From Nanobdellota archaeon (GTDB taxonomy: Archaea; Nanobdellota; Nanobdellia; Pacearchaeales; GW2011-AR1), in NCBI GenBank assembly GCA_024654505.1, contig JANLHN010000003.1:68314-132313 (forward strand): a stretch of 64,000 nt of DNA, given 5' to 3'. Shown piece after piece: positions 1 through 10,298 of the stretch. Within the stretch, counting starts at the first letter, position 1. Each line of letters begins with the position of its first letter. The position numbers and the translations under genes were made by a program. The notes beneath the pieces are model-generated. The model did no database searches and had not been told where the DNA came from. It saw only the letters and a list, made by a program, of their open reading frames with translations.

Positions 1-146
1 CGGTTTGGAAAGACTTCTACAGAAACTTCTGTGGATGTAACCTCTTCTATGGGTGTTCCCATGTTGGTAATTTTTTCTTCAATTTCTTTTGTTACCTTTC
101 CAATTTTCTTTTCAAATTCCTTACGGTTTACTGTTAGGATTGTCAT
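1..146 (-). CDS. pheT: phenylalanyl-tRNA synthetase beta subunit, N-terminal fragment (runs off window)
   Basis: Reverse-strand translation from ATG at 146-144 reads MTILTVNRKEFEKKIGKVTKEIEEKITNMGTPIEEV..., like archaeal PheT N-termini. Its ATG overlaps the TGA of the upstream hydrolase gene (ATGA). It lies in the same transcription unit as pheS. Confidence 0.45.
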   Translation of the reverse strand, partial: MTILTVNRKEFEKKIGKVTKEIEEKITNMGTPIEEVTSTEVSVEVFPN

Positions 147-712
147 TTTTCAATAAACTCCATTATTTCTTTTATTTCTTTAGTTTTATTAAAATGTTCT
201 TCATTATTCTTTGTAATAATATCTGCATCAAATATTTTCTCAAATATTTTCATATTGCTTAATGGAACATAGGGGTCATTTGTTGAAAATATTGCGAGAA
301 CTTTATTTAGGTGTCTTTTTGCTTCATCAAAATTTATTGGAACACTAACCCAAGATTTAACAATATTAACACTTTCAGGACCTTCTTCCTCTATAGATTT
401 TTGGTCCAATTTGGTCCATGGGGCAACAAAGATTGTGGGCCCAATAATAGTTTTTCTATCTAGTTGAGATAAATATCTAATTATTGTTTGACAACCCATA
501 CTATGGCCAACAAAAATAGTTTCATTGTCTAAATCTTTTAATGATTCTTTTAATTTAGCAACCCATTTATCCATTACAGGATTATCAGTATCTGGCATCT
601 GTGGTGCAATAAATTTTATATTTTTCTTTTCACATTCTGCTTTCAAGACTTCAAACCAAGGTTCACTATTTGGGCTTCCCCCCCACCCATGAATTAAAAC
701 TAATTTTTTCAT
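143..712 (-). CDS. alpha/beta-hydrolase, YdeN/RBBP9-like serine hydrolase
   Basis: 189 aa with a GHSMG nucleophile-elbow motif and LVLIHGWGG near the N-terminus. Translationally coupled between pheS and pheT through ATGA overlaps at both ends. Confidence 0.6.
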   Translation of the reverse strand: MKKLVLIHGWGGSPNSEPWFEVLKAECEKKNIKFIAPQMPDTDNPVMDKWVAKLKESLKDLDNETIFVGHSMGCQTIIRYLSQLDRKTIIGPTIFVAPWTKLDQKSIEEEGPESVNIVKSWVSVPINFDEAKRHLNKVLAIFSTNDPYVPLSNMKIFEKIFDADIITKNNEEHFNKTKEIKEIMEFIEK

Positions 713-2232
713 TTCATCCAGAACCTCATTTCTCTTAATTTATTTATATCATTCTTGTAAAGTTCTCTGAGGTCGTTGATTTCGTAGAACTTCATTAACA
801 TTCTTCCAAATCCTGGGCCCCAGGCTAGGACGGGAATGTTTTCTCCAAGTAATGGAACGACGACTTCTGGTCTGAACATTCCTGCCGCAATTAACTCAAC
901 CCATTGCTTTCTTTCCTCTACCCAAACATCTCCTTCGACACTTGGCTCCGTGTAGGGAAAATGTGCTGGTCGGAATCTTACCTTATCATAACCCATTTTT
1001 TTACAGAATTGTTTAAGATAACCTAGAAGGTGTCTAAAGTTTGCGTTTTTATCTATTACAATCCCCTCTGTTTGTAAAAGCTCGAATCCGTGACTCCAGT
1101 CGACCGTTTCATTTCTAAAATTGGTTCCCATTGCGAAATATTTTGCAGGGAATTCTTTATTTTCTGCTATTTTCTTAAGGGTTCTTGTGGATAAACAAGT
1201 TGTATGGGTTCTTAGTAAAACTCTTTTTGATTCTTCTTCATCCCATTTATAACTCCAACCTTTACTTCCATCAATTCCTCCTTCATGTGCTTTCCTAACT
1301 TGCTCAATTAATTTTTTATCTAATGGAAGTTTTCCCTTTAGGTTTTTGATAAAGAAAGTATCTTGCATTTCTCTAACTGGATGATCTTGTGCAGTAAAGA
1401 GTGTATCAAAATTCCAAAATCCTGTGGTTGTTAGGTCTCCACTCATTTCTTTGAATCCCATCTCAAGCCAGACGGACTTTCCATAGTCTATTGCTTGGTT
1501 TACAAAATGTCTTTTCCCCCCGTAAATCCTAGGGGAAGGAGAGGTTAAATCATATCTACGGAATTTCTTACCTTTCCAAGAACTCTGTTTTAAAATTTTT
1601 GGAGTTAATTGTTCTATTAAATTAATGTTTAGGTCCTTTGAAGCAATTTCTTCTCCTAATTTTGTTAATCTGACTTCTATAGTTTTTTGTTCTTCAACTT
1701 CAATAATGTCTTTTCTAGATAAAAGATTTTGGAGGGCTAATTTATCTTGTGCCTCTAACTTATCTAATTCTAAGGGAAGTTTCTCAATAAAAAGCTCTTC
1801 AATCATTTTATTACGGATTTCTCCGGGCTTAGCAACTAGATTGACTCTTCCACCATCAATTTGGATTATTGCTTTTTTCTTAAGAATTCCTACCGCAACT
1901 CTTGCCTCATTTTCATTCAAATCACAAACATTTTTGATTTCTCCAATAGGTATTGTTTTCTTTTCAACTAAATTGTCTAAAAGGGCCCGTTCTGGAAGCT
2001 GTTTTTTTAAGTAATTAATGCCTAAAATACCTAAAACAACTCGTTTTTTCCCTGAAGTTTTATCTTCAATAAGACCTTTATTTTTTAAGAAAGCGGTGGC
2101 ACGGAAGACTGTTGTCTTGTCTTGTCCAGACTTCTCGGAGATTTCATCTAGATTAGAAAAATCGCCAGTTAGATGTGGAAGGGTGTTCCGCTCTATGGGC
2201 GATAGAGATTCTATAAGAAACTTTTCCTCCAT
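709..2232 (-). CDS. pheS: phenylalanyl-tRNA synthetase alpha subunit (archaeal type)
   Basis: 507 aa. Class II core motifs FRPAHFPYTEPS and WGPGFGRMLM. Archaeal-length N-terminal winged-helix extension. Confidence 0.85.
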   Translation of the reverse strand: MEEKFLIESLSPIERNTLPHLTGDFSNLDEISEKSGQDKTTVFRATAFLKNKGLIEDKTSGKKRVVLGILGINYLKKQLPERALLDNLVEKKTIPIGEIKNVCDLNENEARVAVGILKKKAIIQIDGGRVNLVAKPGEIRNKMIEELFIEKLPLELDKLEAQDKLALQNLLSRKDIIEVEEQKTIEVRLTKLGEEIASKDLNINLIEQLTPKILKQSSWKGKKFRRYDLTSPSPRIYGGKRHFVNQAIDYGKSVWLEMGFKEMSGDLTTTGFWNFDTLFTAQDHPVREMQDTFFIKNLKGKLPLDKKLIEQVRKAHEGGIDGSKGWSYKWDEEESKRVLLRTHTTCLSTRTLKKIAENKEFPAKYFAMGTNFRNETVDWSHGFELLQTEGIVIDKNANFRHLLGYLKQFCKKMGYDKVRFRPAHFPYTEPSVEGDVWVEERKQWVELIAAGMFRPEVVVPLLGENIPVLAWGPGFGRMLMKFYEINDLRELYKNDINKLREMRFWMK

Positions 2233-2289
2233 GTATGATGAATATATTTAGAGTTTTTAAGGTTTAGTAAAGTAACAAAATCTCGGCAA

Positions 2290-4926
2290 CTAAGACTTTT
2301 TGGTTTCCTTATTTATACTTAAATCTCCTCTTTTCACTTTCATAATATCAAAAATTAATACTATGATTAATGAAGCAACAAAAGCTACCAAGATGTTCAT
2401 TGGTCCTATTGGAGTGGTCTCAAATGCCTTATTTAGGGGGGTATAAATGATTAGGGCTGTCGCAAATAGGGAAATTATTGAAGCATAAACAAGGGGTTTA
2501 TTTACTAGGGGAGAGCGATTCAAAACTCCCTTTCTAAATGACCGAAAATTAAAGGCATGTGCTATTTCAAATAGGATGAGCGTTAATAGGGCTGTTGTTC
2601 TTGCTACAATGAGCCCTTGATTTAAAATATTCAGAACAAGGTAGAATACCCCTAGAGTAATAATCCCCATGGTGGCTCCTCCAGTTAAAATTAATAAAAT
2701 GAGTTGCCTATCTAAAATATGGGACTTTTTTCGAGGTTTTTTGTTCATTACATCTTGAGAAGAAGGATTAAATCCTAGAGTAATTGCGGGAAGATTATCC
2801 GTAACTAAATTCATGAATAGGATTTGTAGAGCAAGCAAAGGCAAGGGTAATCCTAAAAGAATCCCTAAGAATATTACCAAAAGTTCGGCATAATTACACG
2901 AAAGTTGGTAAGTAACAAATTTTTGGATATTATTAAAAATTGTTCTACCTTCTTTGATTGCATAGACTATTGTGGCAAAATTATTATCTTTTAATGTTAA
3001 ATCTGCTACCTCTCTTGTGACATCTGTTCCTCCAATACCCATTGCGACACCAATGTGTGATTCTTTTAATGCAGGGGCATCATTAACACCATCTCCAGTC
3101 ATCGTTACTATCTCTCCATGTTCTTTTAATGCTCTAACGATTCTTAGTTTATGTTCTGGTTTAACTCTTGAGAAAATAACAGCACTTTTAACAATTCTAA
3201 ATAACTCCTTATCACTCATTTTGTCTAATTCTTCTCCATCAAAAATCTCTCCTCTTTTAAGATTGATTTGGTTTGCTATAGCTATCGCGGTTTCCTTGCT
3301 GTCTCCTGTTATCATTTTTATGTTTATCCCGGCAGCATAACACATTTTTATGGCTTCTTTTACTTCTTCCCTTGGAGGATCTTCCATCCCAACTAACCCT
3401 AAAAAAACCAATTCTTGTTCAAAATGGTCTTTATTTATTTGTTTTATTTTTTTGTAAGCAATGGCAATAGTTCTAAAAGATTTTGAAGTTAATTTTAGAT
3501 TCATTGTTATTATTTGTTTTTTGTCTTTCTCAAGAAGGGTGAAGATACCTTGTTCTCTTTGAATGTATTTACAATTCTTTAGGAGAACCTCAAGGGCACC
3601 TTTAGAGTATACATAATTCCCATCTTTTTCTTTAATTGCTACAGACATAATCTTTCTCTCTGAATTGAATGGTATCTCTTCTCCTCTTAAAAAATTTAAA
3701 TCGTCTCGGAAAATTCCAGCCTTTGCTGAGGCAATTAATAATGCCGCCTCTGTGGGGGTTCCCCTCATAAGGTATTCATTATTCGTTCCCTTTCTTTCAA
3801 TTTTAGAATCGTTACATAACACTCCAGCTTTTAGGAGAAGATTTAACGAGTTATTCTTCTTAATATCTATCTTTTTATTGTTACATAAAAAATCTCCTGT
3901 TGCCTCATAACCCGCTCCTGAAACTTCAAATAATTGATTATCACAGAAGATATTTTTCACAGTCATTTCCCCAGAAGTGATAGTTCCTGTTTTATCAGAA
4001 CATATAACTGTAGTTTCACCAAGAGTTTCAATAATTGACATTCGGTTAACTATTGCATTCTTCTGAGCCATTCTATATGCTCCCGTAGCCAAGGTCGTCA
4101 TTAGAACTACAGGAAATCCTTCTGGAAATGCCGAAACCGATAGGGCAATTACAACCATTAAAATATCTATTATTAATTCTGAAGATATGGAGGTACTTTG
4201 GATTAGCATTACAATTCCAGTTAAGATTGAAACAGTTAACGCTACAATGACCATATATTTAGTAAGGTTATTAACTTTTTTTTGTAGTGGAAGTTCTTTT
4301 TCGGCTGCCGAAATCATTCCAGCTATTTTTCCAAATTCAGTATTCATCCCTATATGCAAAACTCGGGCTACACACCTTCCATTAACAATCAAAGTTCCCA
4401 TAAATAGTTGACTTTCTCTTTTGTAATTTCTCCCACTTTTTGTTCCAATTTTCTTTATTTCTTGGGATTCTCCAGTCAATATTGCTTCATTGACTCTCAG
4501 TTCTTTTGCTTCTAAAACAAGACAATCTGCGGGTATCTTTTCTCCCGTTCTTAAAATTAGTATATCTCCTGGAACAATTTCTCTAGAAGGTATCTCAATT
4601 TCTTTTCCTTCTCGAACAACTATTGAAATTGGCATAATCATTTTTTTCAATGCAGAGATTGCTTTTTCGGCTCTATATTCTTGGAAAAATCCGACACCCA
4701 CTATAATAATTATGACTAACAAAATTGTGAATGCTGTAATAGATTTGCCAACAAAAAACGAAAGAAATACTGCTATAACTAACAAATATACAATAAAATT
4801 GTTTTTTATTTGTCTCAAAAGAATTTTTAATGGGGAAATTTTTAGGAGCTCTACCAATTCATTGGGTCCATATTTTCTAGACCTTTTTGTAACCTCTTTT
4901 TCTGTTAAACCTTTCAATTTTTCCAT
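2290..4926 (-). CDS. P-type cation-transporting ATPase (P2, Ca2+/cation pump-like)
   Basis: 878 aa. CSDKTGTIT phosphorylation motif, MITGDSKETA and TGDGVNDAPALK hinge motifs, about 10 TM segments. Confidence 0.85.
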   Translation of the reverse strand: MEKLKGLTEKEVTKRSRKYGPNELVELLKISPLKILLRQIKNNFIVYLLVIAVFLSFFVGKSITAFTILLVIIIIVGVGFFQEYRAEKAISALKKMIMPISIVVREGKEIEIPSREIVPGDILILRTGEKIPADCLVLEAKELRVNEAILTGESQEIKKIGTKSGRNYKRESQLFMGTLIVNGRCVARVLHIGMNTEFGKIAGMISAAEKELPLQKKVNNLTKYMVIVALTVSILTGIVMLIQSTSISSELIIDILMVVIALSVSAFPEGFPVVLMTTLATGAYRMAQKNAIVNRMSIIETLGETTVICSDKTGTITSGEMTVKNIFCDNQLFEVSGAGYEATGDFLCNNKKIDIKKNNSLNLLLKAGVLCNDSKIERKGTNNEYLMRGTPTEAALLIASAKAGIFRDDLNFLRGEEIPFNSERKIMSVAIKEKDGNYVYSKGALEVLLKNCKYIQREQGIFTLLEKDKKQIITMNLKLTSKSFRTIAIAYKKIKQINKDHFEQELVFLGLVGMEDPPREEVKEAIKMCYAAGINIKMITGDSKETAIAIANQINLKRGEIFDGEELDKMSDKELFRIVKSAVIFSRVKPEHKLRIVRALKEHGEIVTMTGDGVNDAPALKESHIGVAMGIGGTDVTREVADLTLKDNNFATIVYAIKEGRTIFNNIQKFVTYQLSCNYAELLVIFLGILLGLPLPLLALQILFMNLVTDNLPAITLGFNPSSQDVMNKKPRKKSHILDRQLILLILTGGATMGIITLGVFYLVLNILNQGLIVARTTALLTLILFEIAHAFNFRSFRKGVLNRSPLVNKPLVYASIISLFATALIIYTPLNKAFETTPIGPMNILVAFVASLIIVLIFDIMKVKRGDLSINKETKKS

Positions 4927-4927
4927 A

Positions 4928-6676
4928 TTAGTAGAGCAATTTATGAAGGTTCTTTAAACGGGCTATATGTTTTCTCCTAGCCCCGGAGAGTTTCTTATCG
5001 TCTGCCTTGAGGAGAGATATAATCTCCTCTCCAGCAACAATCTTTGGAGTGATTACATAATCTGCCCCCTCTTCATAAAATTTATTGGTTTCGCTTATCC
5101 TTCCACCAGTAACAATAACTTTTATGTGAGGGTTCTTTTGTTTTACTTTCTTAAGTAAATATAAATTATCTTCAAAACTTGGGGCAGTGGAGATAATCTT
5201 TTTGACCCCATAACTTGAATTGATAAATTGGATAACTTCGGGGCTAGAGATGTCTCCATAAATAGAAGAGATTTTTTTAGTAGTTAGGGCAGAGATTATC
5301 TCAGGGTTGTAATCTATGACTAACAATTTATCCTTTTTATCCATTAAGCCTTCAAGGAGAACAGAACCCATCCTATGTGCTCCAATTAGAATTATCTCTT
5401 TTTTATTACCTGAATGATAGCTCATACCTTCTCCAGCTGGAAGGAACCTAAGGAAAGAGAAGGGGTACTTGAACATGTGGAAAATATAACTCTTGAAATT
5501 GATAAGATAGGGGGTTATGGCCATGGTAATAATTGTGACTAGAATTATTGTGGAGAATATTGAATTATCTAGAACTCCCAAGTAAACCCCAAGCATTCCA
5601 ATAATTAAGGAGAATTCAGATAACTGGGCTAGAGAGATTGAGGTGAGAAAACTTGTTTTAGTGTGGTATCTCGCAGTTTTTAGTAAAATAAAAGTTATAA
5701 TTGGTTTGATTATTAATCCTACAATGAGTAAAAACCAGAATAGTACCATTCTTTCTTTAACTCCTGTGAAAACAATCTGCATTCCGAGTGCCACAAAGAA
5801 AAGGATAGCAAAAAAATCTCTTAGTGGGGAAACCTTAGACCCCAACTCTGTTTTAAAAGGAGAATTGGCTAAAGAGACACCGGCAATGAATGCCCCTATG
5901 ACTATTGATAGTTCTAGTAAGTAGGATGTAATGATAAATAAAAATAATACTGCAAGGGCAGATAAGAAAAGAAGTTCTCCAGATCTTGCCGCAAAATTAA
6001 ATAATTTGTTTAAAACATATTTTTGTAAGATTATTGCTCCAACAATTAGACTTATTAGTTTTACAAGAGACATAAGGATGGGGATTATGTTAAATCCTCC
6101 AGTTGTAAGAACGATAATTGCAAGTATTGCAATAAGGTCTTGTAATAATAGGATTCCTAAGATAATTCTTCCATGAAGAGTAACTAATTCCCCCCTGTCT
6201 GCTAAAAGTTTAACGTCGACCATGGTTGAACCAAACGCAAGGACAATACCTATATAGGATGCTTGAAGAGTAGTTAAGCCGAGCCAGTTTCTTAATAGGA
6301 CTGCTAAAATAAAAATAAATAATACTTGAAAAACCCCTATTAGGACAATTCTTTTTATGTTGGCTTCCTTAATCTTCTTGAAGGAAATCTCCAATCCTGC
6401 AGTGAAAAGTAAGAATGCAATTCCTATTTCTGAAAATGCATAAATAATCTCTAAATTTTTAACAAATCCAAGAACCAGGGGTCCGACAACCAATCCCGCT
6501 AGAACATAGGCAGGGATTAATGGTTGTTTTAGCATCCTTGCAATGAAAGCAAAAACAGCAGAAATGATAAGTATCAATGCTATATCAAAAATTATTGATT
6601 CTTCTGCGGGAAGATGGCCTATTTGATTTCCAATTTCCCCAACAAATCCTGAAACTAATCCTGTTATATCTACCAT
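4928..6676 (-). CDS. Kef-type cation:proton antiporter with C-terminal TrkA-N/RCK domain
   Basis: 582 aa. N-terminal polytopic Na+/H+-exchanger-like membrane domain. C-terminal Rossmann segment ILIGAHRMGSVLLEGL. Confidence 0.75.
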   Translation of the reverse strand: MVDITGLVSGFVGEIGNQIGHLPAEESIIFDIALILIISAVFAFIARMLKQPLIPAYVLAGLVVGPLVLGFVKNLEIIYAFSEIGIAFLLFTAGLEISFKKIKEANIKRIVLIGVFQVLFIFILAVLLRNWLGLTTLQASYIGIVLAFGSTMVDVKLLADRGELVTLHGRIILGILLLQDLIAILAIIVLTTGGFNIIPILMSLVKLISLIVGAIILQKYVLNKLFNFAARSGELLFLSALAVLFLFIITSYLLELSIVIGAFIAGVSLANSPFKTELGSKVSPLRDFFAILFFVALGMQIVFTGVKERMVLFWFLLIVGLIIKPIITFILLKTARYHTKTSFLTSISLAQLSEFSLIIGMLGVYLGVLDNSIFSTIILVTIITMAITPYLINFKSYIFHMFKYPFSFLRFLPAGEGMSYHSGNKKEIILIGAHRMGSVLLEGLMDKKDKLLVIDYNPEIISALTTKKISSIYGDISSPEVIQFINSSYGVKKIISTAPSFEDNLYLLKKVKQKNPHIKVIVTGGRISETNKFYEEGADYVITPKIVAGEEIISLLKADDKKLSGARRKHIARLKNLHKLLY

Positions 6677-6725
6677 CTTTTTCTCTTAAAGAATAATAGT
6701 TTGAGAGGTTTTTATAGATATTGAT

Positions 6726-7379
6726 TTAAAACCTTATACAATTTTTTGTTTGTTCGCTTGACATTCCAAGACTGGTTCCAAATGATTGTCTGGTCTTTTC
6801 ATTCTTGACTTCTTTTTCATCTCTTGCAAGGCTGGCTATTTTGATTTGGCACTTAGCTTTCCTACAAATCTTAATATTTTGCATGATTCTAGCAAGCCTT
6901 CTTGCTTTTTCTTTTCCCTTAACTTTAGAAACTTCTGAGAAGTTTATGAGGATTGTTATCTTCTTTTTTGCAGCTTCTTTTGCAACAACATGATTAATAC
7001 CCGAATCTCTTTGCTTTAGGGTGTCTGACTTATTCCCAGATTCTGGGGAGATAAGATAATTAATTTTGAGGGTCTCTACTGCCCTACGATTAAGGGCATC
7101 ATCTCCCCCTAGGAACGCAATTAGTTTGTTTGATTTCTTTAGAGATTCAACGATTCTTCTTGATTCTTTCTCTGAAGATTTGATTAGGTAGCCATCGCAT
7201 TCGTCTTTATTAGAAATTTCTGATTTTGTAGAAATTTCTTTTAGGAAGATTGAGTCTTTTGTTGGGAAAAGGTTGATGTCTTTCATAGATTTAGATAGGA
7301 AAGGGGATTTATAAAAAGTACTTTTTAAGCAGATAAGGCCCTTCTTTGATTGCTCAATAATCCTAGGTAATATTCCCAA
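6726..7379 (-). CDS. RNase P protein component 3 (Rpp30-like), probable
   Basis: C-terminal pattern GINHVVAKEAAKKKITILINFSEV...ARRLARIMQNIKICRKAKCQIKIASLA resembles archaeal Rpp30. The first ~30 codons overlap the neighbouring ORF, so the true start is probably the internal Met near 7286. Confidence 0.5.
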   Translation of the reverse strand: MGILPRIIEQSKKGLICLKSTFYKSPFLSKSMKDINLFPTKDSIFLKEISTKSEISNKDECDGYLIKSSEKESRRIVESLKKSNKLIAFLGGDDALNRRAVETLKINYLISPESGNKSDTLKQRDSGINHVVAKEAAKKKITILINFSEVSKVKGKEKARRLARIMQNIKICRKAKCQIKIASLARDEKEVKNEKTRQSFGTSLGMSSEQTKNCIRF

Positions 7380-7801
7380 ACTGCAGGCATGTCAGCAATA
7401 GCTTCTCTATCACTTTCATAAGCTCTAGAAAGGATTACTTGGTCGGGATCCTTAAGGCTTCCCCTTCCATCACCTTCCATGTTTTCGAAAACATGATAAA
7501 GAAAAAATGGGTAAAAATCTGGTTGGTCTTCCAGGGTACTTGGAAGAATTATTTTTCTTTCCCAAGGTTTTCTTCCAACCCCCTCCATTCTTCTTTTCTG
7601 TTGGAGTTGTTCTTCAGCTAATTCCCAGAACAATCTTTCCCTAAAATTTGAATCGCCCCGAGCTACCTTTCCTTGAATACTCGCATCTCTATTTATTGTT
7701 ACACCAACATACCATCCGGGTGTGGTAGGAAAACCACTAAAATCAGACCTGGTAGGATTATAAGCCCCAAAATCTGATAGTCTTCTAATTTCTTTTACCA
7801 T
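7325..7801 (-). CDS. hypothetical protein (locally GC-elevated)
   Basis: 158-aa ORF with no recognisable motif. Its 3' end overlaps the annotated Rpp30 ORF. Coding status uncertain. Confidence 0.3.
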   Translation of the reverse strand: MVKEIRRLSDFGAYNPTRSDFSGFPTTPGWYVGVTINRDASIQGKVARGDSNFRERLFWELAEEQLQQKRRMEGVGRKPWERKIILPSTLEDQPDFYPFFLYHVFENMEGDGRGSLKDPDQVILSRAYESDREAIADMPAVWEYYLGLLSNQRRALSA

Positions 7802-7831
7802 AAAAAGTCGAAAATTGGGTAATTTATAAAT

Positions 7832-8518
7832 CTATCCTCTAATCAAGGTTCCTCCAAAATCTCTTTCACCCTTGATGATTTTGTCAATAGATGCGACGGA
7901 GCCTACAATATAAGTTGAAATTCTTTTATTCATTATTACTTCTGCTGCCGATTGGTCAAGAACAAAATGTTGTCCTGCTTCATATTTTATCTTCTTTGCA
8001 ATTTCATTAAAATTTTTCCAACTAATTGCTTTTATGAATTTGGCTCTCTTATGGGTTTTTGGATTTGAAGTGTAAAGTCCTTTGATATTAGTGAGATTTA
8101 TGAATGGACATCCGAGATAACCGGCGATTTTAGCAGAGGTTCCATCAGAAGTATTATTTTCTTCATATCTTAGGGCCCCGGCAAAGACTACTTGATTTTT
8201 CAAAAGGAGGCTTTTTACCTTATGCATATTCTTTGGAATGTCTTCATTTGCTTTCTTTCCAAAGAGCCTACTCATAAACCCAGCATGAAAACGAGTTATA
8301 GCAATTCCGGAAAGTGATTGGTCTTTTGTGTTTTTATTCAATTTTTTTAATGAAGAAATATATTTCCTTGCAGTTGAACCCCCACCAGTTACAACAACAA
8401 ATTTATGTGTGGGGTGTGAATCAATCATTTTCTTAAATCGAATTAGGAAACTATTGTCAACTTCTTCTGGAATAATTCGAGATCCACCTAGGCTTATCAC
8501 CCACAATTTCTGCCTCAT
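7832..8518 (-). CDS. pyrH: uridylate (UMP) kinase, archaeal type / amino-acid-kinase family
   Basis: 228 aa. VVVTGGGSTARKYI matches the GGG..AR.Y nucleotide-binding loop of archaeal UMP kinases. Size is typical. Confidence 0.6.
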   Translation of the reverse strand: MRQKLWVISLGGSRIIPEEVDNSFLIRFKKMIDSHPTHKFVVVTGGGSTARKYISSLKKLNKNTKDQSLSGIAITRFHAGFMSRLFGKKANEDIPKNMHKVKSLLLKNQVVFAGALRYEENNTSDGTSAKIAGYLGCPFINLTNIKGLYTSNPKTHKRAKFIKAISWKNFNEIAKKIKYEAGQHFVLDQSAAEVIMNKRISTYIVGSVASIDKIIKGERDFGGTLIRG

Positions 8519-8676
8519 GTTTTATAATATAGAATTTGGTTTATATAAGTTTTGTAATGAGATTAATCGCCCGCATCTGATTTCGCCTAGATGCTCGCTT
8601 TAGGGAAGTTCAGTAATGTCTAATTCCTTTGATATGCAGAACAACTCAGATTCCTCCTAGGGATACCCAAAAAGAA

Positions 8677-8958
8677 TTACTTAACCGTAAACAACTTATC
8701 GTCATGAACATCAAATATGCCAAGTCTAACTCCAGAATCAAGCCAACCATGAGCATAGTTTAGGGCTGCGAAAGCATTGATTAGGTCTTCTTTTTCTTCG
8801 AAATGATGTGCATCTGAGATGTAATTTGTTACCATCTCAATTATTTCGTGGGCATCGGTTTCCATTCCGGGAATTATTTTTTCTTTAACTTCTACGAGGG
8901 CTGTTTCTGTTAAATTGAAATATTTTTCTACTTTTTCTAATGTTATTTCGTTTTGCAT
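8677..8958 (-). CDS. small conserved hypothetical protein
   Basis: 93 aa, acidic, helical. No assignable motif. Confidence 0.3.
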   Translation of the reverse strand: MQNEITLEKVEKYFNLTETALVEVKEKIIPGMETDAHEIIEMVTNYISDAHHFEEKEDLINAFAALNYAHGWLDSGVRLGIFDVHDDKLFTVK

Positions 8959-9016
8959 GTTTTATGAAAAAAAAGCGAGTTAATAAATCAATCGTTCCCC
9001 TAAGTATTTCTTCTTT

Positions 9017-9679
9017 TTATCTTGTTTCTAACATCGCATAGGGTGTCTGTTTTTTAATAATGAATTTTGACCCAATCATCTCTGAGACTATTGCGTTAAT
9101 AGAAAAGTTATCTACTGCTGCACGGAAAACACCCTCTGATAGTGGTACGTGAGCAGAATCAGCAACTCTTTCAAAAACTTCTTTTATTTCTTTGTCTGTT
9201 AAAACTATTCTAGTTATCTGTCTTTGTCCTACACGAATTATTCTTATTTGTTTACCCGGGCCAGGGCATTCAATTGAGGAAACTGATGGGTCATTTAAGA
9301 GGGGCATTAGTTTTCCATAGTCGTTTGTTGGTTTTGTTATAATTGTGTTTTGTGTTGGTAAAGGAATTGTTCTTGGAATAAATTGGTGTTGTTGATGGTA
9401 GGGGGGTGCTCTATTGAAATGTTGTCGTTGTGGTGGTCTAATAATCTGTCTTCTTGGAATTCCAATAGGACTAATCACTGTTGGTTTTTTTGGAGGGAGA
9501 ATCCTTTCTCCCATAGAAGCATGAACAACTCTTTCAGAAAACCTTGGAACTAGGTCGGCATGGATAACTTCTTTTTGTTCTCTTGGGAACTTTTTGTTTT
9601 TAATAGAGTTTAAAACTTTAAAGACTATTAACTGAACAAAAGGGGAGGAAGAAATAAATTCTATTCTTTCAGAATTCAT
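9017..9679 (-). CDS. hypothetical protein, Pro/Gln-rich low-complexity N-terminal half with globular C-terminal domain
   Basis: 220 aa. Compositionally biased segment PPQRQHFNRAPPYHQQHQFIP. Confidence 0.3.
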   Translation of the reverse strand: MNSERIEFISSSPFVQLIVFKVLNSIKNKKFPREQKEVIHADLVPRFSERVVHASMGERILPPKKPTVISPIGIPRRQIIRPPQRQHFNRAPPYHQQHQFIPRTIPLPTQNTIITKPTNDYGKLMPLLNDPSVSSIECPGPGKQIRIIRVGQRQITRIVLTDKEIKEVFERVADSAHVPLSEGVFRAAVDNFSINAIVSEMIGSKFIIKKQTPYAMLETR

Positions 9680-10140
9680 AGGCTTGGAAGTGGCTTGGGT
9701 CTTGGACGTTCAGAGCCAAGGGGCATTGAAGGAACCATTTCTGGGGCCTCGGACCTACCACGTAGTTTTCCCTCCATCAAGACTAAACCTTTGGCAATAG
9801 TTTTATTTTGGTCTAACAAAGAATTTATTTTTGTTATCATTTCTCTATCATCTACCTTTCCACCATGGGCTAGGTTCAATGCGGACTCTTCAAAAACTCT
9901 TAGTAATCCAGTAATGTTATCTGATAAAGCACCAAATTTTATAGAAAGATTTGTCATCGCATGTTGTAACCCGACGAAGTTTTCAATTAATAATTCCTCT
10001 CTCTCGCTGGCAGTCATTCTTTTTTTCTTGGGTTTTGAACTTGAAATATTTTTTGGAGCATGTTCCTTAACAACTGTTTTCTTTGTTCCGTCATGAGAAG
10101 TTGTCTCAGTAATAGTTCTTTTTACCACCCTCTTTACCAT
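9676..10140 (-). CDS. hypothetical basic / coiled-coil protein
   Basis: 154 aa. Lys-rich N-terminus, 4-nt overlap with the downstream ORF. Confidence 0.3.
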   Translation of the reverse strand: MVKRVVKRTITETTSHDGTKKTVVKEHAPKNISSSKPKKKRMTASEREELLIENFVGLQHAMTNLSIKFGALSDNITGLLRVFEESALNLAHGGKVDDREMITKINSLLDQNKTIAKGLVLMEGKLRGRSEAPEMVPSMPLGSERPRPKPLPSL

Positions 10141-10192
10141 GTTTTATTTAAGAAGGGGTTATTTATAAGGGTTTTGGGGAATATAATTAATA

Positions 10193-10264
10193 TGGGCCCA
10201 GGAGGAATCGAACCCCCGTCAACCGGGCTGGAGCCGGTTACCCTACCATTAGACCATGGACCCA
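10193..10264 (-). tRNA. tRNA-Trp (anticodon CCA), no intron
   Basis: Reverse complement folds as a cloverleaf. Acceptor GGGUCCA/UGGGCCC, U8, D-arm with GG. Anticodon stem ACCGG/CCGGU with loop CUCCAGC (anticodon CCA). T-arm GGGGG-UUCGAUU-CCUCC. Discriminator A. CCA is not encoded. Confidence 0.7.
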
Positions 10265-10298
10265 CAAGATAGTCTAGAACTAAGCGTTTTTAAATTTA

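Noticed and set aside
1625-2251. Plus-strand ORFs 1625..2014 and 2018..2251 inside/antisense to pheS
   Set aside because: Entirely antisense to a well-supported conserved gene. Low-complexity Ser/Phe-rich translations typical of antisense AT-rich DNA.
2972-6176. Multiple 60-150-aa plus-strand ORFs within the P-type ATPase and antiporter genes
   Set aside because: All lie antisense to long conserved minus-strand genes. No motifs.
8540-8660. Possible C/D-box sRNA in the GC-richer spacer (atgaga ... ctga ... tgatatg ... caga)
   Set aside because: Boxes deviate from RUGAUGA/CUGA consensus, spacing is wrong for a 12-nt guide, and no terminal stem. Not supportable.
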